Shown piece by piece: positions 1 through 12,502 of a DNA stretch of 64,000 nucleotides. Origin of the DNA: Squalus acanthias (lineage: Eukaryota). Positions within the stretch are counted from its first letter, which is position 1; the number at the start of each line of letters is the position of its first letter. Under the pieces are notes generated by a model that made no database searches, had not been told where the DNA came from, and saw only the letters and a list, made by a program, of their open reading frames with translations. Position numbers and translations under genes: made by a program. The stretch lies in assembly GCA_030390025.1 (NCBI GenBank), contig CM059443.1, positions 40,672,001 to 40,736,000 on the forward strand, in the 5' to 3' direction.

Positions 1-465
1 TCCCTAATGGGCCCTACTCTTTCCCTGGTTATCCTCTTGCCCTTAATATACTTATAAAACACCTTGGGATTTTCCTTTATTTTGCCCGCCAGTGTTTTTT
101 TCATGCCCCCTCTTCGCTCTCCTAATTTCTTTTTTAAGTACCCCCCTGCACTTTCTATACTCCTCTGGGGCTTCCACTGTTTTTAGTCCTTTGTATCTGC
201 CAAAAGCCTCCCTTTTTTTCCTAATCCATTCTCGTATATCCCTTGACATCCAGGGTTCCCTGGGCTTGTTGGTCCCACCCTTGACCTTTACGGGAACATG
301 TTGGCGTTGTACTCTCTCTATTTCCTTTCTGAAAGACTCCCACTGCTCTGATGTGGATTTTCCTGCAAGTAGCTTATCCCAATCCACTTTGGTCAGATCC
401 TGCCTTATCATATTAAAATCGGCCTTCCCCCAATTTAGAACCTTTATTTCCGGCCCATCTTTGTC
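1..465 (-). mobile_element. CR1 LINE ORF2 fragment, 5' truncated at about 465
   Basis: The reverse complement closely matches 8240-8707 of the + strand CR1 (KADFNMI..DL.KVDWD, EPWMSRDIREWIRKK). Confidence 0.9.
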
Positions 466-911
<446 letters not shown>

Positions 912-1015
912 TAACCTTGATATTATAAACCTTCTTTAATTAATATCTCTCTCTAATGTATTAAACTTGTGTCTGTGTGCACTTCCTATCAGCTTTCCCT
1001 CTTATAAATGATTAC

Positions 1016-1147
1016 ATCCACATTTATAATGGGAACTGCCTATGTAAACATGTCATGCTGCAGCGCCATCACTGGTGGGAGGATGTAATTATAGCGTGAC
1101 AAGTTTACATATAAAGTTTCCATTTTAAATGTGAACACAGGAATTTA
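1016..1147. mobile_element. Palindromic MITE-like element
   Basis: Imperfect inverted ends of about 40 bp; a second copy lies at 37881-38010. Confidence 0.6.
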
Positions 1148-1779
1148 TAATAGAATATAAAAATAAGGAATTAAATTACCTCCTGGGTGTGATGATTCAG
1201 TTATCCCTTAATCTTTAACCTACACCTGGCCTTGATTCCCTGTGCACCGTGTCACGGAAGATGAACAGTAGAGCTCTAAGGTTTACGTGTTGCTGTCAGC
1301 TACAGACGTGGAGCTCCAGCTCCCCTGATGGCTCAGTGAGTAATTGCACCACCCCAGGTGTGGTACAGAGATGTGAGCTGGGTAATCTGACACTGTTTCA
1401 GACCCTGTAACCCGAACACAAACCGTGTTAATCCTGTTGCTGCTGCCGTGAGAGCCGGGCTCTGTCTGACGGGAACCACAGTTTGTCTCTCTTCCCGATG
1501 ATCTCCCTCCATCTCGGGAAGGAGCTGCGTGTCGCTGGGTCGGGTTCCACATGGGCCTCGATAGTTAAATGTTGGCAGACTATTCACCCAGGAAGGCATC
1601 ACAGCCCCGCTCTGTGCCTGGTCCTGAGGTCCACACTCGCTGTCGGGGGGTGTGCGGGTGGGGGGGGTTCACATGCGAGGAGTGGGCATTCGCCTTCCTG
1701 AAACTGCTGGTTTAATTGGTGGGATGGAGAGTGCCTGTACCCCTGACCACCCCAACCCCAGTTCATTCTCTGTTTCCAG

Positions 1780-1857
1780 GTCCTGGCCCTGCAGGGTGAA
1801 TACATGGAGGCCATACCTGTCCTGAGGAAAGCTGCAAGACTGGAGCCGTCAAACAAG
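1780..1857 (+). CDS. FKBP8: FKBP8 exon (TPR3)
   Basis: tttccag| and AAG|gtgagc; VLALQGEYMEAIPVLRKAARLEPSNK; 78 nt, phase 0-0. Confidence 0.93.
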
Positions 1858-1995
1858 GTGAGCGGGAGGCCTGGGGTGCAGTCGCGATCGCTGTCGCGTG
1901 TTGCTGAGTGGGAGCCTGGGCATCGAGGCCAGCTTGGCAAAGGTTCATTCGTGTGTAAGGAACGGTCCTGTCTCCAGCACGACCACGGCGCCTAG

Positions 1996-2262
1996 TGTCT
2001 GAGACTGTGTCTGTGTGTGTGTGTGTGTGTGTGTATGAGACTGTATCTGTGTGTGTGTATGAGACTGTGTCTGTATCTGTGTGTGTGTATGAGACTGTGT
2101 CTGTATCTGTGTGTGTGTGTATGAGACTGTCTGTATCTGTGTGTGTGTATGAGACTATCTGTGTGTGTGTGTGTATGAGACTGTATGTGTGTGTGTGGTG
2201 AATGTTATACGGGGTGAATGTTATACGGGGTGAATGTTATACGGGGTGAATGTTACACGTGG
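1996..2262. repeat. GT-rich compound microsatellite plus 16-bp gtgaatgttatacggg x4
   Basis: Direct inspection. Confidence 0.9.
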
Positions 2263-2389
2263 TGACCGTTTATATATTAAGAGTCCTGGGTCTCTTTCAA
2301 CTTGCTCCTTTGCTGTTCCAACACCATCCATGGAGGTCATGTTGTCTATTCTGCTTTTCAGTTTGTAGCACCTAACACTTGTCTATTTT

Positions 2390-2512
2390 AAGAAGGAAAG
2401 GACTTACATTTAAATAGCGCCTTTCATGGCCTCCGAACATCCCAAAGCACTTCACAAAAGCACTTCATTGGCTGTTGTGTAGTCACTGTTGTAATGTAGG
2501 AAACGCAGCAAC
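2390..2512 (-). mobile_element. Deu-domain-like SINE 3' fragment
   Basis: gtagtcactgttgtaatgtaggaaac motif shared with 16308-17040 and 36353-36813. Confidence 0.7.
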
Positions 2513-3021
2513 CCTGGGCCACAGCTGACATTGTTCTGCTCACTTACATGCCTTATCCAACTAGTTGTGTAATTCCTGAGTAGTCTCTTTCGCTCTCCTC
2601 CTCCTAGTTTGGGATCATCTGCAAATTTGTCTAAGTTCCTGAATCCAGATCATGATGTAAATTAGAAAGAGTCATGGTCCCCGTGCGGATCCCCCCATTC
2701 AGTATTCCCCCCACTCTGACGTCACTCCAATTATCAGTACTCATTTCTAACGCTTCAACCAGTTTATTACCCATTCCCTTACCCGGAATAGCCACAGCTT
2801 TGAGTTTAACTAAAAGCCTTTCATGTGGAACTTTGTCAAATGTCTTCTGGAAATCTGCCGATCAGAGACCCCACACTCCTCTTGGATTGTCACTTCCGTA
2901 AAGAAGTCCAAGGTTTGGTCGGGCAAGAGCTTCCTCTTCCTGAATGCACTCTGACTGACTGTTTGCCGAGTGTTTCACTTGTATATTTTACGCTCTCCTG
3001 ACTGTTGCTCCCGCTCTGCAG

Positions 3022-3153
3022 GCGATTCAGGCCGAACTCTCCCAGCTGGTGAGGAAGCAGTCGGAGCAGCGGACGGTGGAGCAGGCCATGTATCGGAAGA
3101 TGCTCGGAGACATGGCTGTGCCCCCTCTCTCCTCGCCAGCTCGATCATCATGG
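3022..3153 (+). CDS. FKBP8: FKBP8 exon (calmodulin-binding region)
   Basis: ctgcag| and TGG|gtaagt; AIQAELSQLVRKQSEQRTVEQAMYRKMLGDMAVPPLSSPARSSW. Confidence 0.92.
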
Positions 3154-3252
3154 GTAAGTAAATTAGAACGTCAGTTGTTCACTGCTGAGCGCAGGTCGTT
3201 TACCCATGGAAATATCTGACTGGTACAGTAGAGGGTGCTCTTCTGAGATTGA

Positions 3253-3440
3253 GACAGTGTAGAGGGAGCTTTACTCTGTATCTAACCCGTGCTGTACCTG
3301 CCCTGGGAGTGTTTGATGGGACAGTGTTGAGGGAGCTTTACTCTGTATCTAACCCGTGCTGTACCTGCCCTGGGAGTGTTTGATGGGACAGTGTAGAGGG
3401 AGCTTTACTAACCCGTGCTGTACCTGCCCTGGGAGTGTTT
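3253..3440 (+). repeat. 65-bp tandem repeat, interrupted by a CR1 and resuming at about 5551-5600
   Basis: Unit acagtgtagagggagctttactctgtatctaacccgtgctgtacctgccctgggagtgtttgatggg. Confidence 0.9.
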
Positions 3441-5550
3441 AAGAACATAAAAAGCAGGAGTAGGCCAGTCGGCCCCTCGAGCCCACTCTGCCATTCAATA
3501 AGATCATGGCTGATCCAATCTTGGCTTCAACACCACTTTCCCGCTCTCTCCCCATAACCCTTGACTCCCTTGTAGTTCAAATGTCTGTCTATCTCCACCT
3601 TGAATATGTTCAATGACTCCGCCTCCACAGCTCTTTGGGGTAGAGAATTCCAAAGATTCACGACCCTCAGAGAAGAAATTCCTCCTCATCTCCGTCTTAA
3701 ATGGGCGACCCCTTATTCTGAAACTATGCCCCCTAGTTCTAGATACCCCCACTAGGGGAAACATCCCCTCAGCATCCACCCTGTCAATTCCCCTCAGAAT
3801 CTTATATGTTTCAATAAGATCACCTCTCATTCTTCTAAACTCCAATGAGTATAGGCTCAACCTTTCGTCATACGTCAACCCCTTCATCCCAGGAATCAAC
3901 CTCGTGAACCTTCTCTGCACTGCCTCCAATCCTTCCTTAAATATGGAGACCACAACTGTACGCAGTACTCCAGGTGCGGTCTCACTAGTGCCCTGTAAAG
4001 CTGCATCAAAACTTCCCTACTTTTATACTCCATACCCCTTGCAATAAAGGCCAACATTCCATTAGCCTTCCTAATTACTTGCTGTACCTGCATGCTAACT
4101 TTTTGTGTTTCATGTACTAGGACCCCCAGATCCCTCTGTACCACAGCATTATGTAGTCTCACTCCATTTAAATAATAATTTGCTTTTTTATTCTTCCTTC
4201 CAAGGTGGATAACCTCATATTTTCCCCACATTGTACTCCATCTGTCAAATTTTTGCCCACTCACTTAACCTATCTATATCCCTTTGCAGACTCTTTGTGT
4301 CCTCCTCACACCTTGCTAACCCACCTATCTTTGTATCATCAGCACATTTGTACAGTACAGTACAGTACACTCGGTCCCTTCAACCAAGTCATTAATATAG
4401 ATTGTAAATAGTTGAGGCCCCAGCACTGATCCCTGTGGCACCCCACTAGTTACTGATTGCCAACTGAAAAATGACCCATTTATCCCGACTCTCTGTTTTC
4501 TGACAGTTAGCCAATCCCCTATCCATGCCAAAATATTACCCCCAACTCCGTGAACTCTTATCTTGTGTAGTAACCTTTTATGTGGCACCTTATCGAATGC
4601 CTTCTGGAAATCCAAATACGCCACATCCACTGGTTCCCCTTTATCCACCCTGTTTGTTACATCCTCAAAGAACTCTAGCAAATTTGTCAAACACGATTTC
4701 CCTTTCATAAAACCATGTTGACTCTGCTTGATTGTCTTATAATTTTCTAAATGTCCTGCTATTACCTCAATAATGGATTCCAGCATTTCCCCAATGACAG
4801 ATGTTAGGCTAACTGGCCTATTGGTTTCCCCAAGGAGGAAGGTCGAGGAGACTGAAGCCAATGTCCAGATCACGACCTCCTGGCAGCGGTCAGCGTATCA
4901 GTTCCTGGTCAAGGTGGTTTCATTGCCGGACCAGAATCAGGCCGGGGCTAAACTGAGGGCAACATTGTAGCAAATAGTGTCCTGCTTTCTGTCTCCCTCC
5001 TTTCTTGAATAGTGGCATTACATTTGCGGTTTTCCAATCCGCTGGGACCTTTCGAAAATCCAGGGAATTTTGGTAGATTACAACCAATGCATCCACTATC
5101 TCTGCAGCCACTTCTTTTAAGATCCTAGGATGCAGGCCATCAGGTCCAGGGGACTTGTCGGCCTTTAGCCCCATTAGTTTGCCTAGTGCTTTTTCTCTAG
5201 TGATAGAGATTGTTTAAGTTCCTCCCTCCCTATAGCCCCTTGATTATCTATTATTATTGGGATTTTTTAGTGTCTTCTATCATGAAGACCAATCCAAAAT
5301 AATTGTTTAGAGTCTCTGCCATTTCTCTCTTTCCCATTATTAATTCCCCAGTCTCATCCTCTAAGGGACCAACGTTTACTTTAGCTACTCTCTTCCTTTT
5401 TATATACCTGTAGAAGCTCTTACTGTCTGTTTTTATATTATTTGCTAGTTTACTCTCATACTCTATCTTCTCCCTCTTTATAATTTCTTTAGTCATCCTT
5501 TGCTGGTTTCTAAATTTCCCAATCCTCTGGCCTACCACTAATCTTCGCAT
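3441..5550 (-). mobile_element. CR1 LINE, 5' truncated, frameshifted reverse transcriptase
   Basis: [40 protein letters not shown] motifs; CR1 3' tail at 3441. Confidence 0.95.
4819..4979 (-). repeat. Inverted duplicate of 5680-5841 inserted inside the CR1
   Basis: Reverse complement identical apart from one C in a homopolymer. Confidence 0.92.
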
Positions 5551-5860
5551 CTTTGATGAGACAGTGTAGAGGGAGCTTTACTCTGTATCTAACCTGTGCT
5601 GGTCCCCAGCACGAACATTCCTAACCTTGATGAGCAGAAACAATGTTTTAAATTTGTTTCCAAATAAAAAGAATAGTTGCACTATTTGCTACAATGTTGC
5701 CCTCAGTTTAGCCCCGGCCTGATTCTGGTCCGGCAATGAAACCACCTTGACCAGGAACTGATACGCTGACCGCTGCCAGGAGGTCGTGATCTGGACATTG
5801 GCTTCAGTCTCCTCGACCTTCCTCCTTGGGGGAAACCAATACTGACCGTTGGGGAACTGA

Positions 5861-5989
<129 letters not shown>

Positions 5990-6127
5990 CGCTTGCCGAG
6001 CAGACAGAGGCCAAGTGGGCTACACCAAAACTCTTAAAGGGGCAGGCCTCGTCATTGCGGAATTTAAATATATTCTCCCACACCCGCAATCCAGAACATT
6101 GAGCCTCATATTGCTTCAGGTATTGTA

Positions 6128-6344
6128 AATAAAGTTACGGGAATCTAGCCCTCCCATTCCCCATACAATGTCCACGCAAAGAAATGACCAACTTGGAGCA
6201 TGTGACTGAGTAGTGGCTGATGATTGGTTCATATAACGCTATGTTTTGATTTGATTTGATAATTTATTTCTTGAAGGTAGGGGGTGGTCATGGCGCTCCC
6301 TGTCAAATGAAATTTATGTAAAATGTTTATATAGTTATAATAAA
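6128..6344 (+). terminator. Candidate FKBP8 polyadenylation signals
   Basis: AATAAA at 6128-6133 and 6339-6344; the second is followed by GT-rich sequence. Confidence 0.55.
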
Positions 6345-6414
6345 ATGTTTATATGAATTCTGTGTGGGTTTGTGGTGAGATCGAAACTTAGTCTGAAGAG
6401 AAAAATCAAGGCTC

Positions 6415-6728
6415 CCATTGAAATGTATAAAATTCTGAAGGGGATTGACAGGGTAGATAGAGAGAGGCTGTTTTCCCCTGGCTAGAACCAGGGGGGTCAC
6501 AGTCTCAGGAGAAGGGGTCGGAGATGAGGAGAAATTTCTTCCCTCAGGCTGGTGAATCTTTGGAATTCTCTACCCCCCCCCATGGCTGTGGAGGCGCAGT
6601 TGATGAGTATGTTCAAGGTAATCGAGCTAGGGCGGGAAAGTGGAGTTGATGTAGAATGATCTTATTGAATGGCGGAGCAGGCTCGAGGGGCTGTATGGCC
6701 AAACTCCTGCTCCAAATTCTTATGTTTG
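6415..6728 (+). mobile_element. Degraded CR1 3' end
   Basis: tataaaattctgaaggggattgacagg and gcaggctcgaggggc...ctcctgctcc motifs. Confidence 0.8.
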
Positions 6729-9700
6729 TTAACGGGTCAGAGGGATGAACGGTAAGTGGATTGTACGGTGCAGGCTTCATATAACAAGCTGACCGAGGCT
6801 CAGGGTGTAACGAGTGTTCGCTTTTGCCGTGGCAGCTTAGAGAGACAAATTATTTCTGATACAATCAGATCCTGGCTCATTTACTGAAATGTCCGACTGG
6901 GGGGAGGTTAAACAATGTCCAAACATACCCACAGCTCAGCTGCACAAGAGGGGAGGAAAAAAAAGTGGGAGAGCAATAGTGATAGGGGATTCTAGCGTAA
7001 GGGGAACAGATAGAAGTTTCTGTGGCCGCAGACGTGACTCCAGGATGGTATGTTGCCTCCCTGGTGCCAGGGTCAAGGATGTCACGTGCAGGGCATTCTG
7101 AAGGGGGAGGGCGAACAGGCAGAGGTTGTGGTTCACATTGGTACCAACGACATGGGTAGAAAGAGGGATGAGGTCATGCAACAAGAATTTAGGGAGCTAG
7201 GTAGCAGATTAAAAAGCAGGACCTTAAAGGTTGTAATCTCTGGATTACTCCAGTGCCACGTGCTAGTGAGTATAGGAATAGGAGGACAGAGCAGATGAAT
7301 GTGTGGCTAAAGAGTTGGTGCAGGAGGGAGGGTTTTAGTTTCCTGGATCACTGGGTCTGCTTCTGGGGAAGGTGGGACCTGTACAAGTTGGACGGGTTGC
7401 ACCTGAACCGGAACGGGACCAACATCCTTGCGGGGAGGTTTGCTAGTACTGTTGGGGGGGGTTTAAACTAACTTGGCAGGGGGATGGGATACGGAGTGGA
7501 GCTATAGTAGGGGGTGATGCACAGCCAAATATAGAGGAAAAAACAAGTCAGCCTGGAAGGCAGAGCAAATATGTAATGGCACAAGGGAGTATGGCAAGGC
7601 TGGATGACATTTATTTTAATACAAGAAGTCTTGCGAGTAAGGCAGATGAATTGAAGGTGTTGATGAACACATGGGAGTATGATATTGTTGCTGTCACAGA
7701 GACATGGTTGAGGGAGGGGCAGGACTGGCAGCTCAATATTCCAGGGTATAGAATCTTCAGGCGAGACAGAGAGGGGTGTAAAAGAGGAGGGGGGTGTCGC
7801 AATATTAATCAAGGAGTCAATTACTGCTGTAAGGAGGGATGATATCTTAGCAGGTTCCTCTAATGAGGCCATATGGGTAGAATTTAAAAACAAAAAGGGG
7901 GCAAGTACTTTGCTGGGAGTGTACTATAGGCCCCCAAACAGTCAGGGGGAGATGGAGGAACAGATATGTAGGCAAATCTCAGAGAAGTGTAGAAATAATA
8001 GGGTTATAATAGTAGGGGATTTCAACTTCCCCATTATTAACTGGAAAGGCTTAGAGGGTGCGGAATTCATAAATTGCATCCAGGAGAGCTTTTTGAGCCA
8101 GCATGTAGAAAGTCCTGCAAGAGAGGGGGCGTTACTGGACCTAATTCTAGGGAATGTAGCCGGGCAAGTGGTAGAAGAGTCAGTAGGAGAGCATTTTGGT
8201 GACGGTGACCATAATTCGGTGAGATTTAAGGTAGTCATGGAAAAGGACAAAGATGGACCGGGAAATAAAGGTTCTAATTTGGGGGAAGGCCGATTTTAAT
8301 ATGATAAAGCAGGATCTGCCCAAAGTGGACTGGGATCAGCTACTTGTAGGAAAATCCACATCAAAGCAGTGGGAGTCTTTCATAAATGAAATAGAGAAAG
8401 TACAACGCCAACATGTTCCCGTAAAGGTCAAGGGTGGGACCAACAAGCCCAGGGAACCCTGGATGTCAAGGGATATACGAGAATGGATTAGGAAAAAAAG
8501 GGAGGCTTTTGGCAGATACAAAGGACTATAAACAGTGGAAGCCCCAGAGGAGTATAGAAAGTGCAGGGGGGGTACTTAAAGAAATTAGGAGAGCGAAGAG
8601 GGGGCATGAAAAACACTGGCTGGCAAAATAAAGGAAAATCCCAAGGTGTTTTATAAGTATATTAATGGCAAGAGGATAACCAGGGAAAGAGTAGGGCCCA
8701 TTAGGGACCAAAGTGGCAATCTGTGTGTAGAGCCGGAAGATGTGGGTGAAGTTTTAAATGAATATTTTGCATCTGTGTTCACCTATGGAGTAGGACAATG
8801 TAGGCATAGAAATCAGGCAGGGGGATTGTGATATACTTGAACAAATTAGTATTGAGAGGGAGGAGGTACTAGCGCTTTTAGCAGGCTTAAAAGTGGATAA
8901 ATCCCCAGGCCCAGACGAGATGTATCCCAGGCTGCTGTGTGAGGCAAGGGAGGAGATTGCAGGGGCTCTGACACAAATTCTCAGAACCTCTCTGGCCACA
9001 TTGGGAGGTGCCAGAGGACTGGAGAACAGCTAACGTAGTACCATTATTCAAGAAGGGTAGTAGGGATAAACCAGGGAATTACAGGCCAGTGAGCCTAACA
9101 TCAGTGGTAGGGAAATTATTGGAAAAAATTCTGCGGGACAGAATTAGTCTCCACTTGGAGAGGCAAGGATTAATCAAGGAGTCAGCCTGGCTTTGTCAGG
9201 GGGAGATCATGTCTGACCAATTTGATTGAATTTTTCGAGGGGGTGACTAGGTGTGTGGATGAGGGTAGTGCAGTTGATGTAGTCTACATGGACTTCAGTA
9301 AGGCTTTTGACAAAGTCCCGCATGGGAGACTGGTCAAGAAGGTAAGAGCCCATGGGATACAGGGCAATTTGGCACATTGGATCCAAAATTGGCTTAGTGG
9401 CAGGAGGCGATGGTCGAAGGTTGTTTTTGTGACTGGAAGCCTGTGTCCACTGGTGTACCGCAGGGATCGGTGCTGGGTCCTTTGCTGTTTGTAGTGTACA
9501 TTAATGATTTAGATATGAATGTAGGAGGTATGATCAGTAAGTTCGCAGGTGACACGAAAATTGGTGGAGTGGTAAATAGCGAGGAGGGAAACCTCAGGCT
9601 ACAGGACGATATAGACGGGTTGGTCAGATGGGCAGAACAGTGGCAAATGGAATTTAACCCTGAAAAGTGTGAGGTGATGCATTTTGGGAGGACTAACAAG

Positions 9701-9822
9701 GCAAGGGAATACACAATGAATGGTAGGACCCTAGGAAGGACAGAGGATTAGAGGGACCTTGGTGTGCATGTACATAGATCCCTGAAGGCAGCAGGACAGG
9801 TAGATAAGGTGGTTAAAAAGGC

Positions 9823-10419
9823 CCTGAGCTCCCAGTGGCCTGTCACTTTAATTCACTGCTCCACTCCCACTCAGACCTCACCGTCCTCGGCCTCTTGCAT
9901 TGTTCCACGGAAGCTCAGCGTAAGCTCGAGGAACAGCACCTCATCTTTCGATTTAGGCATTCTACAGCCCTCTGGACTCAACATAGAGTTCAACAATTTC
10001 AGATCATAACCTCGGCCCCTATCATATATATATTTATTTTTCCACACTTTTGTTTGTGTCTCATTCTGCCAGCGCAATTCACACCTCATCTAGAGCCATC
10101 CTTTGTACCTCAACCTGTCCCATTTCCACCTCCTCTTGCCTTGAATATCTCCTTAATGTCTCTCTATGTCTCTTAATCTCTCCTGCTTTCTATCCTATCA
10201 CTGACCTTCCCTTTTGTTCTTTCTTCCCCCCCGCACTTTTCCCAGCCTCTAAACTTGCTTTAAAATCTATTCCATTTCCTGCTTTTTTCCAGTTCTGACG
10301 AAAGGTCTTCGACCTGAAACGTTAACTCTTTCTCTCTCCACGGATGCTGCCTGGCCTGCTGAGTTTTTCCAGCGTTTTCTGTTATTTCGGATTTCCAGCA
10401 TCCGCAGTATTTTGCTATC
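9823..10419 (+). mobile_element. Penelope-like element 3' fragment (GIY-YIG C-terminus plus pLTR-type tail)
   Basis: PVACHFNS..HSHSDLTVLGL..RKLEEQHLIF/LQPSGLNIEF; 11-bp target-site duplication gttaaaaaggc at 9812-9822 and 10420-10430. Confidence 0.88.
10291..10327 (+). ncRNA. Minimal type I hammerhead ribozyme motif
   Basis: AGUU-CUGACGA-A-AGGUC(UUC)GACCU-GAAACGUU-AACU: both core boxes, helix I, helix II and a palindromic helix III. Confidence 0.82.
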
Positions 10420-10473
10420 GTTAAAAAGGCATATGGGATACTTGCCTTCATTAGCCGAGGCATAGAATATAAG

Positions 10474-10675
10474 CCATGATGTGGAGATGCCGGTGTTGGA
10501 CTGGGGTGGACAAATGTGAGAAGTCACACAACACCAGGTTATAGTCCAACAGTTTTATTTGAAATCACAAGCTTTCGGAGCGCTGCTCCTTCGTCAGGTG
10601 AAGGAGCAGCGCTCCGAAAGCTTGTGATTTCAAATAAAACTGTTGGACTATAACCTGGTGTTGTGCGACTTCTCA
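10474..10675 (-). mobile_element. Short non-coding hammerhead-bearing (Penelope-type) insertion with an internal inversion
   Basis: 13-bp target-site duplication catagaatataag (10461-10473, 10676-10688); palindrome at 10514-10678. Confidence 0.8.
10565..10601 (-). ncRNA. Minimal type I hammerhead ribozyme motif
   Basis: Minus strand reads UCAC-CUGACGA-A-GGAGC(AGC)GCUCC-GAAAGCUU-GUGA. Confidence 0.82.
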
Positions 10676-11284
10676 CATAGAATATAAGAGCAGGGAGGTT
10701 ATGATGGAGCTGTACAAATCGCTAGTTAGACCACAGCTGGAATACTGTGTGCAGTTCTGGTCGCCACACTATAGGAAGGATGTGATTGCATTGGAGAGGG
10801 TGCAGAGGAGATTCACCAGGATGTTACCTGGGCTGGAGCGCTTCAGCTATGAAGAGAGACTGGATAGGCTGAGGGGGGACCTGATTGAGGTGTACAAAAT
10901 TATGAGGGGCATAGATAGGGTAGATAGAAAGGAACTTTTCCCCTTAGTAGAGGGGTCAATAACCAGGGGGCATAGTTTCAAGGTAAGGGGCAGGAGGTTT
11001 AGAGGGGATTTGAGGAAAAACTTTTTCACCTAGAGGGTGGTTGGAATCTGGAACTCACTGCCTGAAAGGGTGGTAGAGGCAGGAACCCTCACAACATTCA
11101 AGAAGCATTTAGATGAGCACTTGAAACGCCATAGCATACAAGGTTACGGACCAAGTGCTGGAAAATGGGATTAGAATAGACAGGGCTTGATGGCCGGCGC
11201 GGACACGATGGGCCGAAGGGCCTCTTTCTGTGCTGTATAACGCTATGACTCTGACATTCCTATTAATTGCCTGATGCTGGAGAA

Positions 11285-12080
11285 GTTGCAAAAGAACCAG
11301 AGGTGACACTAGGAAAAATATTTTCACACGAGGATTTGGATTGCGCTGCCTGATAGGGTGTTGGATACAGTTTCAATAGGAGCCTTCAAAAGGGAATTGG
11401 ATAAATACTTGAGGAAGAAAAATTTGCAGGGATATGGGGAAAGAGCAGGGAGTGGGACTAACTGGATTGCTCTTCGAAAGAGCCGGCGCAGACTCGATGG
11501 GCCGAATGGCCTCCTTCTGTGCTGTACTATTCTGTGATTCTATGTTCTCAGAAGCTTATAGCACAGAAGGGAGACCATTCAGCCCATCGTGCCTCAAGCA
11601 GCTCTGAGCTGTTTCCCCAACCCCCCCCCCCCAACTCGGCCCATCGTGCCTGTGCTAGCTCGCGGAACGAGCCACTTAATCCCGTTCTCCTCCTGCCTTT
11701 AATTTTATTGTTTTTCAAATATTTACCCACCTTGCCTTTTAGAACCTGTTAGAAATTCCGTTGCTCCCACTGTTTCTGGGGGCCAGTCCATGTTCTAACA
11801 ACACCTGTCATTCCCTGAATCTTTCCATTCGGTCCTTTGCTGATAACTTATTCTCTCTCGTTACCGACTCAGTGACCAGCGGAAATGCATTATCCCGACA
11901 ATTTTGAACATCTCTATCCGAGCTCCTTTGCTTTGTCTCCGTTCTTGTGACTAGAGCCCGTTTCTCCAGTCTCTGCTCCTAACTAAAGCCTCTTATCCCT
12001 AGAATCATAGTGGATCGCTTCTGCACCCTCTCCATCCTTCCCTAAAACCAGACACAATATGTTAACTGTGGCCTGCCCAT
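11285..12080. mobile_element. CR1 3' fragment (+, to about 11545) followed by an old CR1 fragment (-)
   Basis: gggccgaatggcctccttctgtgctg tail motif present in both orientations. Confidence 0.7.
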
Positions 12081-12304
12081 TGATCGCTCTTGGAGCCTGT
12101 TGGTAATTAAAATGTTTTAAACTGAGAATTAATCTCCTGCTCCTCCTCCCCCACCCTTTCCAAAGCCTAAATGTCCCCCCACCATGGGAGGAAACCCAAA
12201 CTGGGCACAGTATTTTAACCGAGGCCCGTCTACAGCCAGTCCCTGACCAGATGCTTTGTATTCACTCCAACACGGACAAGTGACAAACACAAACAAGTAT
12301 TACA

Positions 12305-12310
12305 TTTATT
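12305..12310 (-). terminator. Candidate MYO9B polyadenylation signal
   Basis: tttatt is AATAAA on the minus strand, followed by GT-rich sequence. Confidence 0.6.
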
Positions 12311-12502
12311 TATATATAAAAAAAAAGTATTTTCATTGTTGGAGAAATGGTTACAGGTGGGGAGGGGGAGAGGCAGGTGATCCACCTTCTCAACACAGGA
12401 AGGATCCCCCCAGTCGAAATGATCCGCTGTCCCCATGTTCAGCTGGGGGGCGTTAAAATAAAATATAAATCTCTCACACAGTACAGAGCAAAGTATTGGA
12501 GA

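Larger units (their letters stand above)
6940..11254 (+). mobile_element. Long CR1 LINE: ORF1 SGNH/GDSL esterase, ORF2 endonuclease and RT; frameshifted, with two nested insertions
   Basis: IVIGDS, HIGTND, DGLHL (ORF1); [29 protein letters not shown] (ORF2); ctatgactct tail. Confidence 0.95.
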
